A DNA stretch of 64,000 nucleotides from Synergistales bacterium (lineage in GTDB: Bacteria; Synergistota; Synergistia; Synergistales; JAFGMB01): positions 2,528,001 through 2,592,000 of the forward strand of contig OY762654.1 in NCBI GenBank assembly GCA_963666205.1. The letters run 5' to 3'. The translations under genes and the position numbers were made by a program. Every line of letters starts with the position of its first letter. Positions within the stretch are counted from its first letter, which is position 1. Below the pieces are notes generated by a model that was not told the origin of the DNA, did no database searches, and worked only from the letters and a program-made list of their open reading frames with translations. Shown piece after piece: positions 1-9,250 of the stretch.

Positions 1-621
1 GAGGTTACACGGATCGCCCTTGAAAAGGTGCAGCAGGAGGGGATCGTTTTTCTCGATGAGATAGATAAAGTTGTGGCTAGAGGATCTGCGGGAGGCCCTG
101 ATGTAAGCAGGGAAGGAGTTCAGAGAGATCTTCTACCGGTCGTAGAGGGGTGTCCTGTCCAGACAAAATATGGGACTGTCCATACGGACCATATTCTTTT
201 TATAAGTGCTGGAGCATTTCAGAAGGTAAAACCCTCAGATCTTGTTCCGGAACTCCAGGGTCGCTTCCCCATAAGGGTTGAATTGCAGGCTCTTTCGAAA
301 GAAGATCTTTCAAAGATACTTGTGGAGCCCGAGAATAGTCTGATAAAGCAGTATCAGGCTCTTCTGGGAACCGAGAAGATAAATCTGGTGTTTACAGATG
401 ATGGCATCAGAGCTATATCTCTATTTGCAGAAAAAATAAACCATGAAATGGAGAATATTGGTGCAAGAAGATTGCATACAATGATAGAACAGCTTCTGGA
501 AGATATAAGCTTCAATGCTCCTGAGCATGAAGATGAAACTCTTTCTATAGATGAAGCTTTTGTTAATGACAAACTGGGATCTCTGGTTAAAGATACGGAT
601 ATACGCAGATATCTGCTCTAA
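1..621 (+). CDS. hslU: ATP-dependent protease ATPase subunit HslU (5' partial)
   Basis: [35 protein letters not shown] and [10 protein letters not shown] motifs; frame open from base 1. Confidence 0.97.
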   Translation, partial: EVTRIALEKVQQEGIVFLDEIDKVVARGSAGGPDVSREGVQRDLLPVVEGCPVQTKYGTVHTDHILFISAGAFQKVKPSDLVPELQGRFPIRVELQALSKEDLSKILVEPENSLIKQYQALLGTEKINLVFTDDGIRAISLFAEKINHEMENIGARRLHTMIEQLLEDISFNAPEHEDETLSIDEAFVNDKLGSLVKDTDIRRYLL

Positions 622-657
622 CTATTAAATTATTAATTTTCAGGAGGGATTTGTACA

Positions 658-1491
658 ATGGTAAAGGAAGAAAAAAACATGTTAAACGACAGCCATATAA
701 TAGATGAAGGTCACGAGATGAGGGATCTTCTGGAAAAGACAAGGCTTGTCGGAAGGGCCCTTCAGAGTAGGAGAGAAGGGACCAAGCCTGATTACAGTAA
801 ACTTGCCAAGCTTCTATGTGAGTTTATGACCGCTAATGTTTATATTATCAACAGGGATGGGCGTATCCTGGGGCATTCCTGGATAACTGAATACCGCTCC
901 AATACGATCCTGCAATTTCTGCACAATGGATTTATGCCTGAAAGCTTTGTTGAAAAAATGAACCAGCACAGGGAATCATACATCAGTGAAACTGATGGTT
1001 ACCTTTTTGATGATGTAGATACTGGCAATACGCCGGAAAAACATCTACTTTATGTACCCATCTATGGCTCGGCAGAGCGTCTGGGAACTCTATTCCTCGT
1101 CCGTTTCTTCGATCTTTTCACTACAAAGGATCTTATCCTTGCTGAATACCTTGCTACCCTTGTGGGAATTGAAATACTTCATGACAGGACGAGAAGTATT
1201 GAAGAGAGAGCGAGAGAAAGGCTTGTTGTACAGATGGCCATGCGAGCCCTTTCGTATTCGGAAGTAGAATCTGTCAAGCATATAATCAAAGAACTTGGAA
1301 CCTATGAAGGGGTAGTTATCGCAAGTAGAGTAGCAGATAGAGTCGGTGTTACAAGAAGTGTGATAGTAAATGCCTTGAGAAAGCTGGAAAGTGCTGGCAT
1401 AATTGAGAGTAGAAGTCTGGGTATGAAGGGCACATTCATCAAAGTCCTGAGTCCCCTGTTTGTTGAAGAACTGGGTATTTTCAACGATTAA
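658..1491 (+). CDS. codY: Pleiotropic transcriptional regulator CodY
   Basis: C-terminal HTH ASRVADRVGVTRSVIVNALRKLESAGIIESRSLGMKGT; follows hslU; SD aggagg. Confidence 0.95.
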   Translation: MVKEEKNMLNDSHIIDEGHEMRDLLEKTRLVGRALQSRREGTKPDYSKLAKLLCEFMTANVYIINRDGRILGHSWITEYRSNTILQFLHNGFMPESFVEKMNQHRESYISETDGYLFDDVDTGNTPEKHLLYVPIYGSAERLGTLFLVRFFDLFTTKDLILAEYLATLVGIEILHDRTRSIEERARERLVVQMAMRALSYSEVESVKHIIKELGTYEGVVIASRVADRVGVTRSVIVNALRKLESAGIIESRSLGMKGTFIKVLSPLFVEELGIFND

Positions 1492-1589
1492 TTTCAGGAA
1501 CAGAAAAAATTTCTTTCTGTCTGACAAGAGGTTTAAAGGGGTATATCCATGTGCTGGTCTGAAAAAACATTATTCACCCGACGATATTC

Positions 1590-1598
1590 TGGTATAAT
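1590..1598 (+). promoter_or_regulatory. Extended -10 promoter for the S1-protein operon
   Basis: TGGTATAAT = TGn-TATAAT in the intergenic region; no good -35. Confidence 0.55.
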
Positions 1599-1765
1599 TC
1601 CCCTAATAGTCCCTTTTCGCCAATTCCTGAAGGAATTATACGTCTGGTTTATATGGCCGGAGGTGGTATGTCCATAGTGTAAACCGTCTTTGACTATTGG
1701 ATTTTCTGTTGATCATCATTAAAGATCCTGTATTTTTATTTTTCAGTTGGAGGTTCGATTTTCAC

Positions 1766-2209
1766 ATGTTAGAAGAGAAAGTTCAAAATAACTTACCCGT
1801 CGAAGTGGGAGAAGTTGTTGAATGTACGGTGGAGCAGGTCATGCCATATGGTGCTTTTGTGCGCCTTGCATCGGGGCAAAAAGGAATGATCCACATTTCG
1901 GAGCTGTCTTACAAGTACGTAAAAAAAGTAGAGGATGTTATAAACGCTAATGAAAAAATATCCGCCAAGATCATCAAAGTGGATGAGAAGGGACGGATAG
2001 ATCTCTCTATCAAACAGATGGAAGAGCCGCCTTCAAGGTCCACAAGGCCGCCCCGAGCGCCCCGTAAGGAGCCTGTTAGTTCAGGTCCGGAAAGTTTTGA
2101 AAAAAAGCTGTCTTCCTTTATGAAGGTCAGTGAGATGAAGATAGCAGATATCAACAACAGGGCGAATAATGCAAGATCGGGAAAGAAAAGGCCGAAGAAA
2201 CCCAAATGA
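1766..2209 (+). CDS. S1 RNA-binding domain protein (YabR/YugI-like)
   Basis: PYGAFV..GMIHISEL..GRIDLSIK S1 motif, SFEKKLSSFMK tail; SD ggaggt before ATG 1766. Confidence 0.9.
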   Translation: MLEEKVQNNLPVEVGEVVECTVEQVMPYGAFVRLASGQKGMIHISELSYKYVKKVEDVINANEKISAKIIKVDEKGRIDLSIKQMEEPPSRSTRPPRAPRKEPVSSGPESFEKKLSSFMKVSEMKIADINNRANNARSGKKRPKKPK

Positions 2210-2826
2210 ATCATTATATGACGAACAGAAAAAGGGGCGAAAGCCCCCTTTTTTGTCCTTCCCGGTCGACTCCCCCGGATATCGAGGCTATAAAAAGACA
2301 GATGGAAAAACGCAACTTTTCCCCATCCATTATAGTTGCAACAGCCAAACGATGTATCTGGGGTTTCCCTCAGGTCATAATATGCAGACCGGTTTTCAGA
2401 CTTAAACCCTTTCCCACTACTTTCTGGCTTACATGTCCCTGGCTTGTTAAAAAATGTGGAGAATGGGAATCCCGAGGTGGGGTCAAATCCCTTGAACTAT
2501 TCATGTTGAACAGAAAAGAAACATGGTCTGAATATAACATGTACCTAAGAACAATAAGAATGTCCCTTCTTTCCCGGGGAGAAAGAAAATTTCTTAGAAT
2601 TTACGAGAGGAACAAGTGGGAAAGCCTAAACCGTTCGATAATAGGGGGAATAAGGGAAAACACAACGCCGACAATGAAGTGTCTTCATCTTCAGGTGGGA
2701 GCATGGCTTGCTCTGGGCTTCCATCCGGGTGGTAAATGGCTTGTGAAACATTTCCCCTTCGTAAATTGTGATAGTGCATGTGATTTCCCCTGCGGCAGTT
2801 GTGGAAAACACAGGAGAGGAAAATAA
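2206..2826 (+). CDS. DUF501 family protein
   Basis: RC..GFPQV, PFPTTFWLTCP, IGG and KCLH motifs; lies upstream of ppx. Confidence 0.85.
   Translation: MNHYMTNRKRGESPLFCPSRSTPPDIEAIKRQMEKRNFSPSIIVATAKRCIWGFPQVIICRPVFRLKPFPTTFWLTCPWLVKKCGEWESRGGVKSLELFMLNRKETWSEYNMYLRTIRMSLLSRGERKFLRIYERNKWESLNRSIIGGIRENTTPTMKCLHLQVGAWLALGFHPGGKWLVKHFPFVNCDSACDFPCGSCGKHRRGK
2229..2254 (+). terminator. Intrinsic terminator-like hairpin after the S1 gene
   Basis: aaaaaGGGGC-GAAA-GCCCCctttttt. Confidence 0.65.
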
Positions 2827-2827
2827 T

Positions 2828-3733
2828 TTGATATTTGCTTCTGTCGATATAGGTTCTAATTCTGTAAGGCACCTGGTAGTTGAAGAAAATAATGGAAGAT
2901 TACATTATCTTTCCTCTTCTTCCCAAATTACCAGAATAACCGAAGGAATTAGAGAAGGTAATACTATGCTTCTGGATCATGCTGTTTCCAGGACCCTTAA
3001 TGCTGTATCGAAAGTCATAAAAGAACTGGATCACTATGGCATTCCCTGTGAAAATAGATTTCTTTTCGCTACGGAATCTCTTCGTGCTGCCTCCAACAGC
3101 CATGCTGTTATCAGAAGAATTGAGGAAGTAGCGGGTATCCATCTGGATGTGCTGTCAGGAGAAGAAGAAGCAAGGAGGAGTTTCAGGGGGGCAGTTTCTT
3201 CATTCGGGTGTGATTCGGTTGTTTTTGACCTTGGTGGAGGAAGCCTAGAGATCTGTACCTCAAATGGAGGTATTTCCTTTCCCCTCGGGGCAGTTAGAAT
3301 GACTAATATGTTCGGTCATGACTCTTCTGGATTGAGAGAATATGTACGAGCTACCTTGAATGGTCTGGATATTGGTTCTGACAGAAGGATAGTCGGGCTT
3401 GGAGGGACTTCTTCCTCCATCGCGATGATGTTGAAACGCATACCTGTAGAGGCCTATTCGCCCTCTAAGATCCATGGATCTGAGATAAAACATTCAGACC
3501 TGATTAAACTGGCAACCCTTTTCAGGAAACCGTTTACAGAAAGAATTGGCGTGATCGGTCTTGACCCCCGCCGAGCTGATATAATACTGGCAGGGATTGT
3601 TACAATCACCACATTGGTAGAATTTCTTGAAGTGTCATCATATATCCATAGTGAGACAGATCTATTATGGGGAACCATAATGGAAATCCTTGAAGAAAGA
3701 ACTATACTGTTTGAGGAGATAAGTTTCCAGTGA
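2828..3733 (+). CDS. ppx: Ppx/GppA family phosphatase (short form)
   Basis: DIGSNSVR, TESLR, LSGEEEA, DLGGGSLE and RADII motifs; TTG start after aggagagga. Confidence 0.9.
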   Translation: MIFASVDIGSNSVRHLVVEENNGRLHYLSSSSQITRITEGIREGNTMLLDHAVSRTLNAVSKVIKELDHYGIPCENRFLFATESLRAASNSHAVIRRIEEVAGIHLDVLSGEEEARRSFRGAVSSFGCDSVVFDLGGGSLEICTSNGGISFPLGAVRMTNMFGHDSSGLREYVRATLNGLDIGSDRRIVGLGGTSSSIAMMLKRIPVEAYSPSKIHGSEIKHSDLIKLATLFRKPFTERIGVIGLDPRRADIILAGIVTITTLVEFLEVSSYIHSETDLLWGTIMEILEERTILFEEISFQ

Positions 3734-3790
3734 TAAAAAGATTTTGATATTTTCTTGAAGTTATTTTATAAATATAGTTAGATTCAACTC

Positions 3791-3819
3791 TTGACACACA
3801 AGGCTACCATGTATATACT
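3791..3819 (+). promoter_or_regulatory. Sigma70-type promoter of the tRNA operon
   Basis: TTGACA-17bp-TATACT, 15 nt upstream of tRNA-Lys. Confidence 0.85.
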
Positions 3820-3834
3820 TTTCGAGCTTGATAT

Positions 3835-3910
3835 GAGCCGTTAGCTCAGCTGGCAGAGCACCGGACTTTTAATCCGGGTGTCGTGGGTTCGAATCCCACA
3901 CGGCTCACCA
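3835..3910 (+). tRNA. tRNA-Lys(TTT)
   Basis: 76 nt cloverleaf, anticodon arm ccgga-CT TTT AA-tccgg, GGTTCGAATCC, encoded CCA. Confidence 0.97.
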
Positions 3911-3917
3911 CTAAAGC

Positions 3918-3993
3918 GGTCCCATCGTCCAGAGGCCTAGGACACAGCCCTTTCAAGGCTGCGACACGGGTTCGAATCCCGTTGGGACCGCCA
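3918..3993 (+). tRNA. tRNA-Glu(TTC)
   Basis: 76 nt, anticodon arm cagcc-CT TTC AA-ggctg, T-loop GGTTCGAATCC, CCA. Confidence 0.97.
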
Positions 3994-4016
3994 TTTTTTT
4001 ATCATAATACGAAAAC

Positions 4017-4092
4017 GCCGGTGTAGCTCAGCTGGTAGAGCAGCGCACTCGTAATGCGCAGGTCGGCGGTTCAAGTCCGCCCGCCGGCTCCA
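4017..4092 (+). tRNA. tRNA-Thr(CGT)
   Basis: 76 nt, anticodon arm gcgca-CT CGT AA-tgcgc, GGTTCAAGTCC, CCA. Confidence 0.97.
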
Positions 4093-4106
4093 TCCTTGAA
4101 TTCCAG

Positions 4107-4136
4107 GTCACTCTGTACAGAGAGTGACTTTTTTTT
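4107..4136 (+). terminator. Intrinsic terminator of the tRNA operon
   Basis: GTCACTCT-gtacag-AGAGTGAC followed by T8. Confidence 0.9.
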
Positions 4137-4199
4137 ATGGATAAAAAGATTCTCCTTTCTATTGTTGATCGATAAGGTTCTGAGACAAGGAGGCCTGTT

Positions 4200-4853
4200 T
4201 TGCTTTTAAAACGATTAATGCTTGTCCGTCATGGAGAAACAGACTGGAACAGTTCCATGAAATATCAGGGTTCGAGCAACATCCCCCTTAATGCTGTCGG
4301 CAGGGAACAGGCTCGCAGAACATCACTGAGATTGGCCGGAGGCTTATGGGAACGGATAATTTCAAGTCCCCAGGCAAGGGCGATGGAAACATCGAAGATA
4401 ATTGCCGGATCTCTGCTGAACGGAAATACAGTCCAGATTCACCCCGCTCTTTCCGAGATAGGTTTTGGAGCCTGGGAGGGAATGTCTGTTACGCAAATAG
4501 AGGAAAAATATGGGAAATACTACCACAGGTGGCGAGAAGACCCCTCTCGATACACCCCCCCGGGGGGTGAGTGCTTTCACCATGCCCTGCATAGAGTTTC
4601 CAATGCTTTCAATGAGATGCTTTCATTGGATGCAGAGAGGATACTTGTCATATGTCACGGTGGTACCATACGCCTGACCCTGGTCCATCTGCTTGGAATG
4701 GATCCGTCCCTTGTATGGAGAATGAAAATAAACAATTGTTCTCTTTCAGGGATCGATGTCTGGGAAAGGGGATCTTCCCTTGCGTTTTTAAACGATCAGT
4801 TACATATCCTTGCCGATGAAAATACACTTACATCTTTACCGATCCCTTTTTAG
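4200..4853 (+). CDS. Histidine phosphatase family protein (CobC/GpmB-like)
   Basis: VRHGETDWN, SSPQARA, EIGFGAWEG, PPGGE and CHGGTIR motifs. Confidence 0.9.
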   Translation: MLLKRLMLVRHGETDWNSSMKYQGSSNIPLNAVGREQARRTSLRLAGGLWERIISSPQARAMETSKIIAGSLLNGNTVQIHPALSEIGFGAWEGMSVTQIEEKYGKYYHRWREDPSRYTPPGGECFHHALHRVSNAFNEMLSLDAERILVICHGGTIRLTLVHLLGMDPSLVWRMKINNCSLSGIDVWERGSSLAFLNDQLHILADENTLTSLPIPF

Positions 4854-4879
4854 ACATTATGTGCTCATACTGTTAAAAT
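4851..4879 (+). promoter_or_regulatory. Sigma70-type promoter upstream of the sigma factor/OM operon
   Basis: TAGACA-17bp-TAAAAT with TGn extension. Confidence 0.6.
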
Positions 4880-4924
4880 AGTTGAGGTTTTTGGTCATCA
4901 TCGATCCTTTTATGGAGGGTTGTC

Positions 4925-5518
4925 ATGCATAATCCGTCCGATAAACAAGATACCAGCGCCAATCTGTCCCTCGAAGAAGAAACCTCCCTGTGGCTCAGGG
5001 CCAGTGAAGGAGATGAAAAGGCAAGAGAGGAATTAATACTTGCTTATCGCCCGCTGGTTTTCTGGATGGCAAAAAAATTCACTGTATCCAACTCTATTTT
5101 CCCTGACCTTATTCAGGAAGGCATGATTGCCCTTATCAGGGCTGTTGACAAGTTTGACCCCGCCAGAAAATCCCGCTTTACCACTTATTCTTTTTACAGG
5201 ATCAAGGGACAGATGGTCAATTTTATTCAGAGAAAGGAATCACGAGCTCCATGTCCTGTTGATGAATCTCTAATGGATTTGAGAGATCCCTTTTCTCCAG
5301 ATAAGATCGATGATCTCATTTCTATAAGTCAAGGCCTGAAAGTATTACCGGAAAGGGAAGCCGAAGTGATTTCTTCAATGGTTATACAGGGCAGGGAGGC
5401 GAAAGAGATCGCTTTCAATAAAGGGATGGATTTGAGCCATGTTTATAGATTAAAAAGAAAGGGTATTTTCCGACTGAGAAATTGGTTGGGACTTGAAGAT
5501 GCCAAAAAAGAAACCTAA
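4925..5518 (+). CDS. Alternative sigma-70 family RNA polymerase sigma factor
   Basis: Region 2 DLIQEGMIALIRAVDKFDP..RFTTY; region 4 LPEREAEVI..KEIA..VYRL. Confidence 0.9.
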   Translation: MHNPSDKQDTSANLSLEEETSLWLRASEGDEKAREELILAYRPLVFWMAKKFTVSNSIFPDLIQEGMIALIRAVDKFDPARKSRFTTYSFYRIKGQMVNFIQRKESRAPCPVDESLMDLRDPFSPDKIDDLISISQGLKVLPEREAEVISSMVIQGREAKEIAFNKGMDLSHVYRLKRKGIFRLRNWLGLEDAKKET

Positions 5519-5564
5519 ATGGTGATAAAGATGAGGTAGTACCAGGCTTTTTGTTTTTTGGGGA

Positions 5565-6215
5565 GTGATCTTGATGGATAAACAGATCAGAAAGGTCCAA
5601 AAATGGCTTGAAAGATGCCTCATTGCTTGTAGATCAGGTTCCTGGGAGAATGCTCTTGCCGAAATGGAATGTGCTAATGCAGAGATGGAAATGGCTCGTA
5701 AGGAGCTGTGGTCAATTGTTGAAAATCAGGAAAAGAATGACAGAGCCAGGTTTTGCAACCTTCTCGCCAATGCAACCAGAGCCGGAGTACTTGCTCTCCT
5801 GATAATCTTTGCTTCTGCCATGCCATTATCCAGACTTAACATGAGCAGTGTTTTACCGGAAATTGGCCGTGATAACCATATTGTCGAGTTCATAAACGAT
5901 GAAGAGGAAGTGCTCCTCCAAGCATTGAGAAATAGTTTAAGTGAAAATGGATTCAGGGAATCAACCTTTACTGATCAGGGTCAGTCGACTATCATTAGAC
6001 AGGCTGACATGGACCCTGGTTCAGAGAAAGAAAAAGGGAACGCTCTTTCTCCTTCTGGAGCCGTAACCTCACCCGCCGTTACTGCCAACAATGGCGAGAC
6101 AGTAAAACCTCCTGAGCAATCACTGACTCTGGAAAGTCTTATCGCTCTTGTTCAGATAGGTGAGGAAGCTCTCAGAGAATCAGAGCCTGCAATAAAGATT
6201 CAAAGACAGAGATAA
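5565..6215 (+). CDS. Hypothetical single-pass membrane protein
   Basis: 216 aa ORF with SD; helical N-terminus and one hydrophobic segment (AGVLALLIIFASAMPL). Confidence 0.7.
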   Translation: MILMDKQIRKVQKWLERCLIACRSGSWENALAEMECANAEMEMARKELWSIVENQEKNDRARFCNLLANATRAGVLALLIIFASAMPLSRLNMSSVLPEIGRDNHIVEFINDEEEVLLQALRNSLSENGFRESTFTDQGQSTIIRQADMDPGSEKEKGNALSPSGAVTSPAVTANNGETVKPPEQSLTLESLIALVQIGEEALRESEPAIKIQRQR

Positions 6216-6242
6216 CCCTTTGCGGGGAAGGAGAGGAATTTT

Positions 6243-7991
6243 TTGAAACGAAGTATCTTATTTCTTGGAGTTATTATATGTTTTATGGCCTTTACACAGG
6301 CTTTTGCAGCGGAACCTGTCGTTTCTGCGGTCAATGTAGAGGGTAATGAAAAAGTGGTATCCGAACATATTCTTGCAGTCGTTAATACAAAGATCGGGGA
6401 GTTCCTGGAGCAGGAGCAGATAAAGACAGATGTTGAGGCCATATATGATCTTGGTTTCTTCTCCTTCGTTGATGTAAAGTTTGCCCCTCTGGCTGGAGGA
6501 GTGGAAGTTGTCTTTCAGGTCAAGGAAAATCCGGTAGTGGAAGAAATAAGATTTGAGGGCAATACTGTTTATTCTGATGAAGAACTTATGGAACTGGTAT
6601 TTACTACCCCGGGTTCTATCTTCAACAGAGTGTTTTTCCGCCACGATCTCCAGCGGATCAAGGAAAAGTACGATAAGGACGGTTATGTTCTTACCAAGAT
6701 AGCAGATGTTGGTATCGAAGGCGGTATTATCAATGTTACGTTAATAGAACCAACAATAGGCGAAATAATCATACAGGGTAATACCAAGACCAAGACCAGG
6801 GTAATTGAACGTTATATTACCTTGAAAAAGGGAGATCTCTTTAATAGCACTCTTTTACGCCATTCTATAAACAAGATCAATGCTCTCGGATTTTTTGAGG
6901 ATGTCAGCGTGGGATTTGAAGCTTCTGAAGATCCAGATGCAACCAATATTATTGTCACAGTACAGGAAGCCAAGACTGGAAATATAGGCTTTACCATCGG
7001 GCACGGTAGCAGCAGTGGCTGGAGCGGTGGAGTAAGTTATGGCGATTCGAACTGGAAAGGTCTTGCCCAGAAGTTCGAAGTTGGTTTTGAACTTGGTGAC
7101 GATGAACAGTATTGGGCTTCATATTCCCAACCCTACATGGATAGTGATATCTATTCCTGGAAAGTTGGAGTCTATATGAGGGATTGGAGTGAAAGAGAAT
7201 ACTGGGATGATGGTGTCGAACAGTTTGATTACGATGAGGATAAAACCGGAGGCTATGTGGGTTTCGGCAAAAAATTCCCCAATGATGATAAATTAAGCTG
7301 GTTCCTTACCCTCGACTGGAGAGATACGGAAATTTCAAACATTGTCTCTGTTGATGCAACAGAAGAAGAGATAGAAAATATCCTGAGGGAAGAATTCATT
7401 GACGGAACTGTTTTTTCTACCCTGTTGACAGTGACGAATAATAATATCAATCCATACTTATCCTATAAGCACGGCGATGTTGAAGATCTGAATATTGAAA
7501 AGGCATGGGAAGTACTTGGTGGGGAGTATGATTTTACCAAGTACTGGTTTACAGTGAGATATTATATGCCTGTTTTCGGTCTGGGGGATATTATTGATGC
7601 CCAGATAGGTGATGAAGATAATCCAGCTATTATTGCCGCAAGATTGAGGGCCGGTTTTTCTTCAGGAGAAGTCCCCTTTGCCGAGCAGTATGAAGTGGGA
7701 GGTTCCAGAACTCTGAGAGGATACGAAGATGATGAGTTTGAAGGAGATGAGATGCTCCTTGGAAATCTTGAATTCCGTGTTCCCATAGATAAGAACTTTG
7801 GTGTGGTATTCTTTTACGATATAGGTAATGCATGGGATAACAACCTGGGTGAAAGTTTCAGTTTCTCAGACCTTTATGATTCCTATGGTTTTGGTATAAG
7901 GGTCAAAACACCTCTGGGGAATCTCAGGGTCGACTACGGTGAAGGAGAATTTGAATCCAAAACTCACTTCGGTTTTGGAGACATGTTCTAG
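6243..7991 (+). CDS. bamA: Outer membrane protein assembly factor BamA/Omp85
   Basis: Signal peptide, about three POTRA repeats (EGN..V/Y), barrel with TLRGY, C-terminal TPLGNLRVDYG..FGFGDMF. Confidence 0.93.
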   Translation: MKRSILFLGVIICFMAFTQAFAAEPVVSAVNVEGNEKVVSEHILAVVNTKIGEFLEQEQIKTDVEAIYDLGFFSFVDVKFAPLAGGVEVVFQVKENPVVEEIRFEGNTVYSDEELMELVFTTPGSIFNRVFFRHDLQRIKEKYDKDGYVLTKIADVGIEGGIINVTLIEPTIGEIIIQGNTKTKTRVIERYITLKKGDLFNSTLLRHSINKINALGFFEDVSVGFEASEDPDATNIIVTVQEAKTGNIGFTIGHGSSSGWSGGVSYGDSNWKGLAQKFEVGFELGDDEQYWASYSQPYMDSDIYSWKVGVYMRDWSEREYWDDGVEQFDYDEDKTGGYVGFGKKFPNDDKLSWFLTLDWRDTEISNIVSVDATEEEIENILREEFIDGTVFSTLLTVTNNNINPYLSYKHGDVEDLNIEKAWEVLGGEYDFTKYWFTVRYYMPVFGLGDIIDAQIGDEDNPAIIAARLRAGFSSGEVPFAEQYEVGGSRTLRGYEDDEFEGDEMLLGNLEFRVPIDKNFGVVFFYDIGNAWDNNLGESFSFSDLYDSYGFGIRVKTPLGNLRVDYGEGEFESKTHFGFGDMF

Positions 7992-8007
7992 TAAAAAGGA
8001 GATATAT

Positions 8008-9246
8008 ATGGGAATTAGACCTTGGGCTGCAGCGCTTTTTGTCGCTGTGGCCCTTGTTTCTGTTTCAGTTTCCACCACATATGCTTCTGTGACTGCAACT
8101 GGGTTCCCTCAATGGCTTAAACCCGTTGCAGAAAAGACCCTCAATGCCGTCTGGTCGGAAATCCAGGTTTCTGATTCAGGCCTTGACAAGGTGGAGACTC
8201 TTCGGATTGTAGCCCCCAAACTGTTAAGGGGTTATGGAATATCTTCCATTGACAAAAAGGGTCAGGAGGTCTTTGTATCTTTCAGAAGCCTGGAAACAGT
8301 TGAATGGGATGTGAAAATATCTTTTCCAAAACTGACTGAACAAGGCCTGAAGTGGTTTTACGATGATGTGAATGGCATAGAACGGGAACTTTTATCTTTT
8401 GTCAAAGAGATTCCGCTGGATGGCCTTGGTTGGGCAGATCACTCACTAAGAGAGGTTATCCTCCTTACTGTAAACAGAAGATTAGCTGGTTGGGATCCTG
8501 ATATACTGATAAAACTTGATGGATCAAAGGCAACTTTACAAATTGGATTTACACCTCGTCCCCCCCTTATACTTGCTCTTGATCCGGTAATCGATTCCGG
8601 TTCTATTCCAATAATTCTTCAGAACAGACTGAAAGAGAGCATCCTTACCGGTCAATCAGGCCTTATAGGGCTTCCTGTAGCCTGGTCTGAGCAGCATAAA
8701 GCAGAAATAGAAGAAGAGATCCAGGCCTTTCTTCTCCAACGTAATACTGTAGAAAGAGCCAGGGCAAGGGTCAATGTTGATTTTTCTCCAGAGCAGATCT
8801 CTAAACTTAATGCAAGTGTTGAAAGTTCAAAATATAGTCTTTATGCCTGGTTTGCGGCTTATGTTGGTACTGATGAAAAATATGGAGAACTGGGGATACA
8901 TCTTGGAAGACGTGCCCGGATCTTTCCTGACTGGAATGTCGAGCTTTATGGAGAATTTCTTACAGAACTGAATGATCTGGATATAGAAACAAGATGGGGC
9001 CTTATCTGGTCTCCATTCGATCGAATATGGGTGGGAGCTGAATATTCAACTTTAGATGATGATATATGGTGGAGGTTTGTCTACCAGGGGGGATATAACA
9101 AGCCCTATTTTACCTGGCGATATAGCGACAGGTCCAACCATGACTGGGGACTTGGCTGGAAGGTCAACCAGTATTTTTCCCTTGAGCTCCATTATGATGA
9201 CAGGGACGATGACTCTTTGAGTCTTAAGGTGATTAACAATCTTTAG
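8008..9246 (+). CDS. Hypothetical exported protein, probable C-terminal beta-barrel
   Basis: SD aaggag, signal peptide, C-terminus with alternating aromatic strands. Confidence 0.8.
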   Translation: MGIRPWAAALFVAVALVSVSVSTTYASVTATGFPQWLKPVAEKTLNAVWSEIQVSDSGLDKVETLRIVAPKLLRGYGISSIDKKGQEVFVSFRSLETVEWDVKISFPKLTEQGLKWFYDDVNGIERELLSFVKEIPLDGLGWADHSLREVILLTVNRRLAGWDPDILIKLDGSKATLQIGFTPRPPLILALDPVIDSGSIPIILQNRLKESILTGQSGLIGLPVAWSEQHKAEIEEEIQAFLLQRNTVERARARVNVDFSPEQISKLNASVESSKYSLYAWFAAYVGTDEKYGELGIHLGRRARIFPDWNVELYGEFLTELNDLDIETRWGLIWSPFDRIWVGAEYSTLDDDIWWRFVYQGGYNKPYFTWRYSDRSNHDWGLGWKVNQYFSLELHYDDRDDDSLSLKVINNL

Positions 9247-9250
9247 GGGG

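Noticed and set aside
635-649. CodY-box-like AATTTTCAG before codY (also at 43471)
   Set aside because: Only 10 of 15 positions match AATTTTCWGAAAATT, in AT-rich DNA; not distinguishable from chance by eye.
1636-1700. Purine riboswitch resemblance (ATATGG, GTAAA, GACTA)
   Set aside because: The conserved TTTCTACC junction and the correct P2/P3 spacing are absent, and the downstream gene is unrelated.
3835-4140. tRNA cluster as an integration site
   Set aside because: No integrase, no duplicated tRNA 3' end seen, and the flanks are housekeeping genes.
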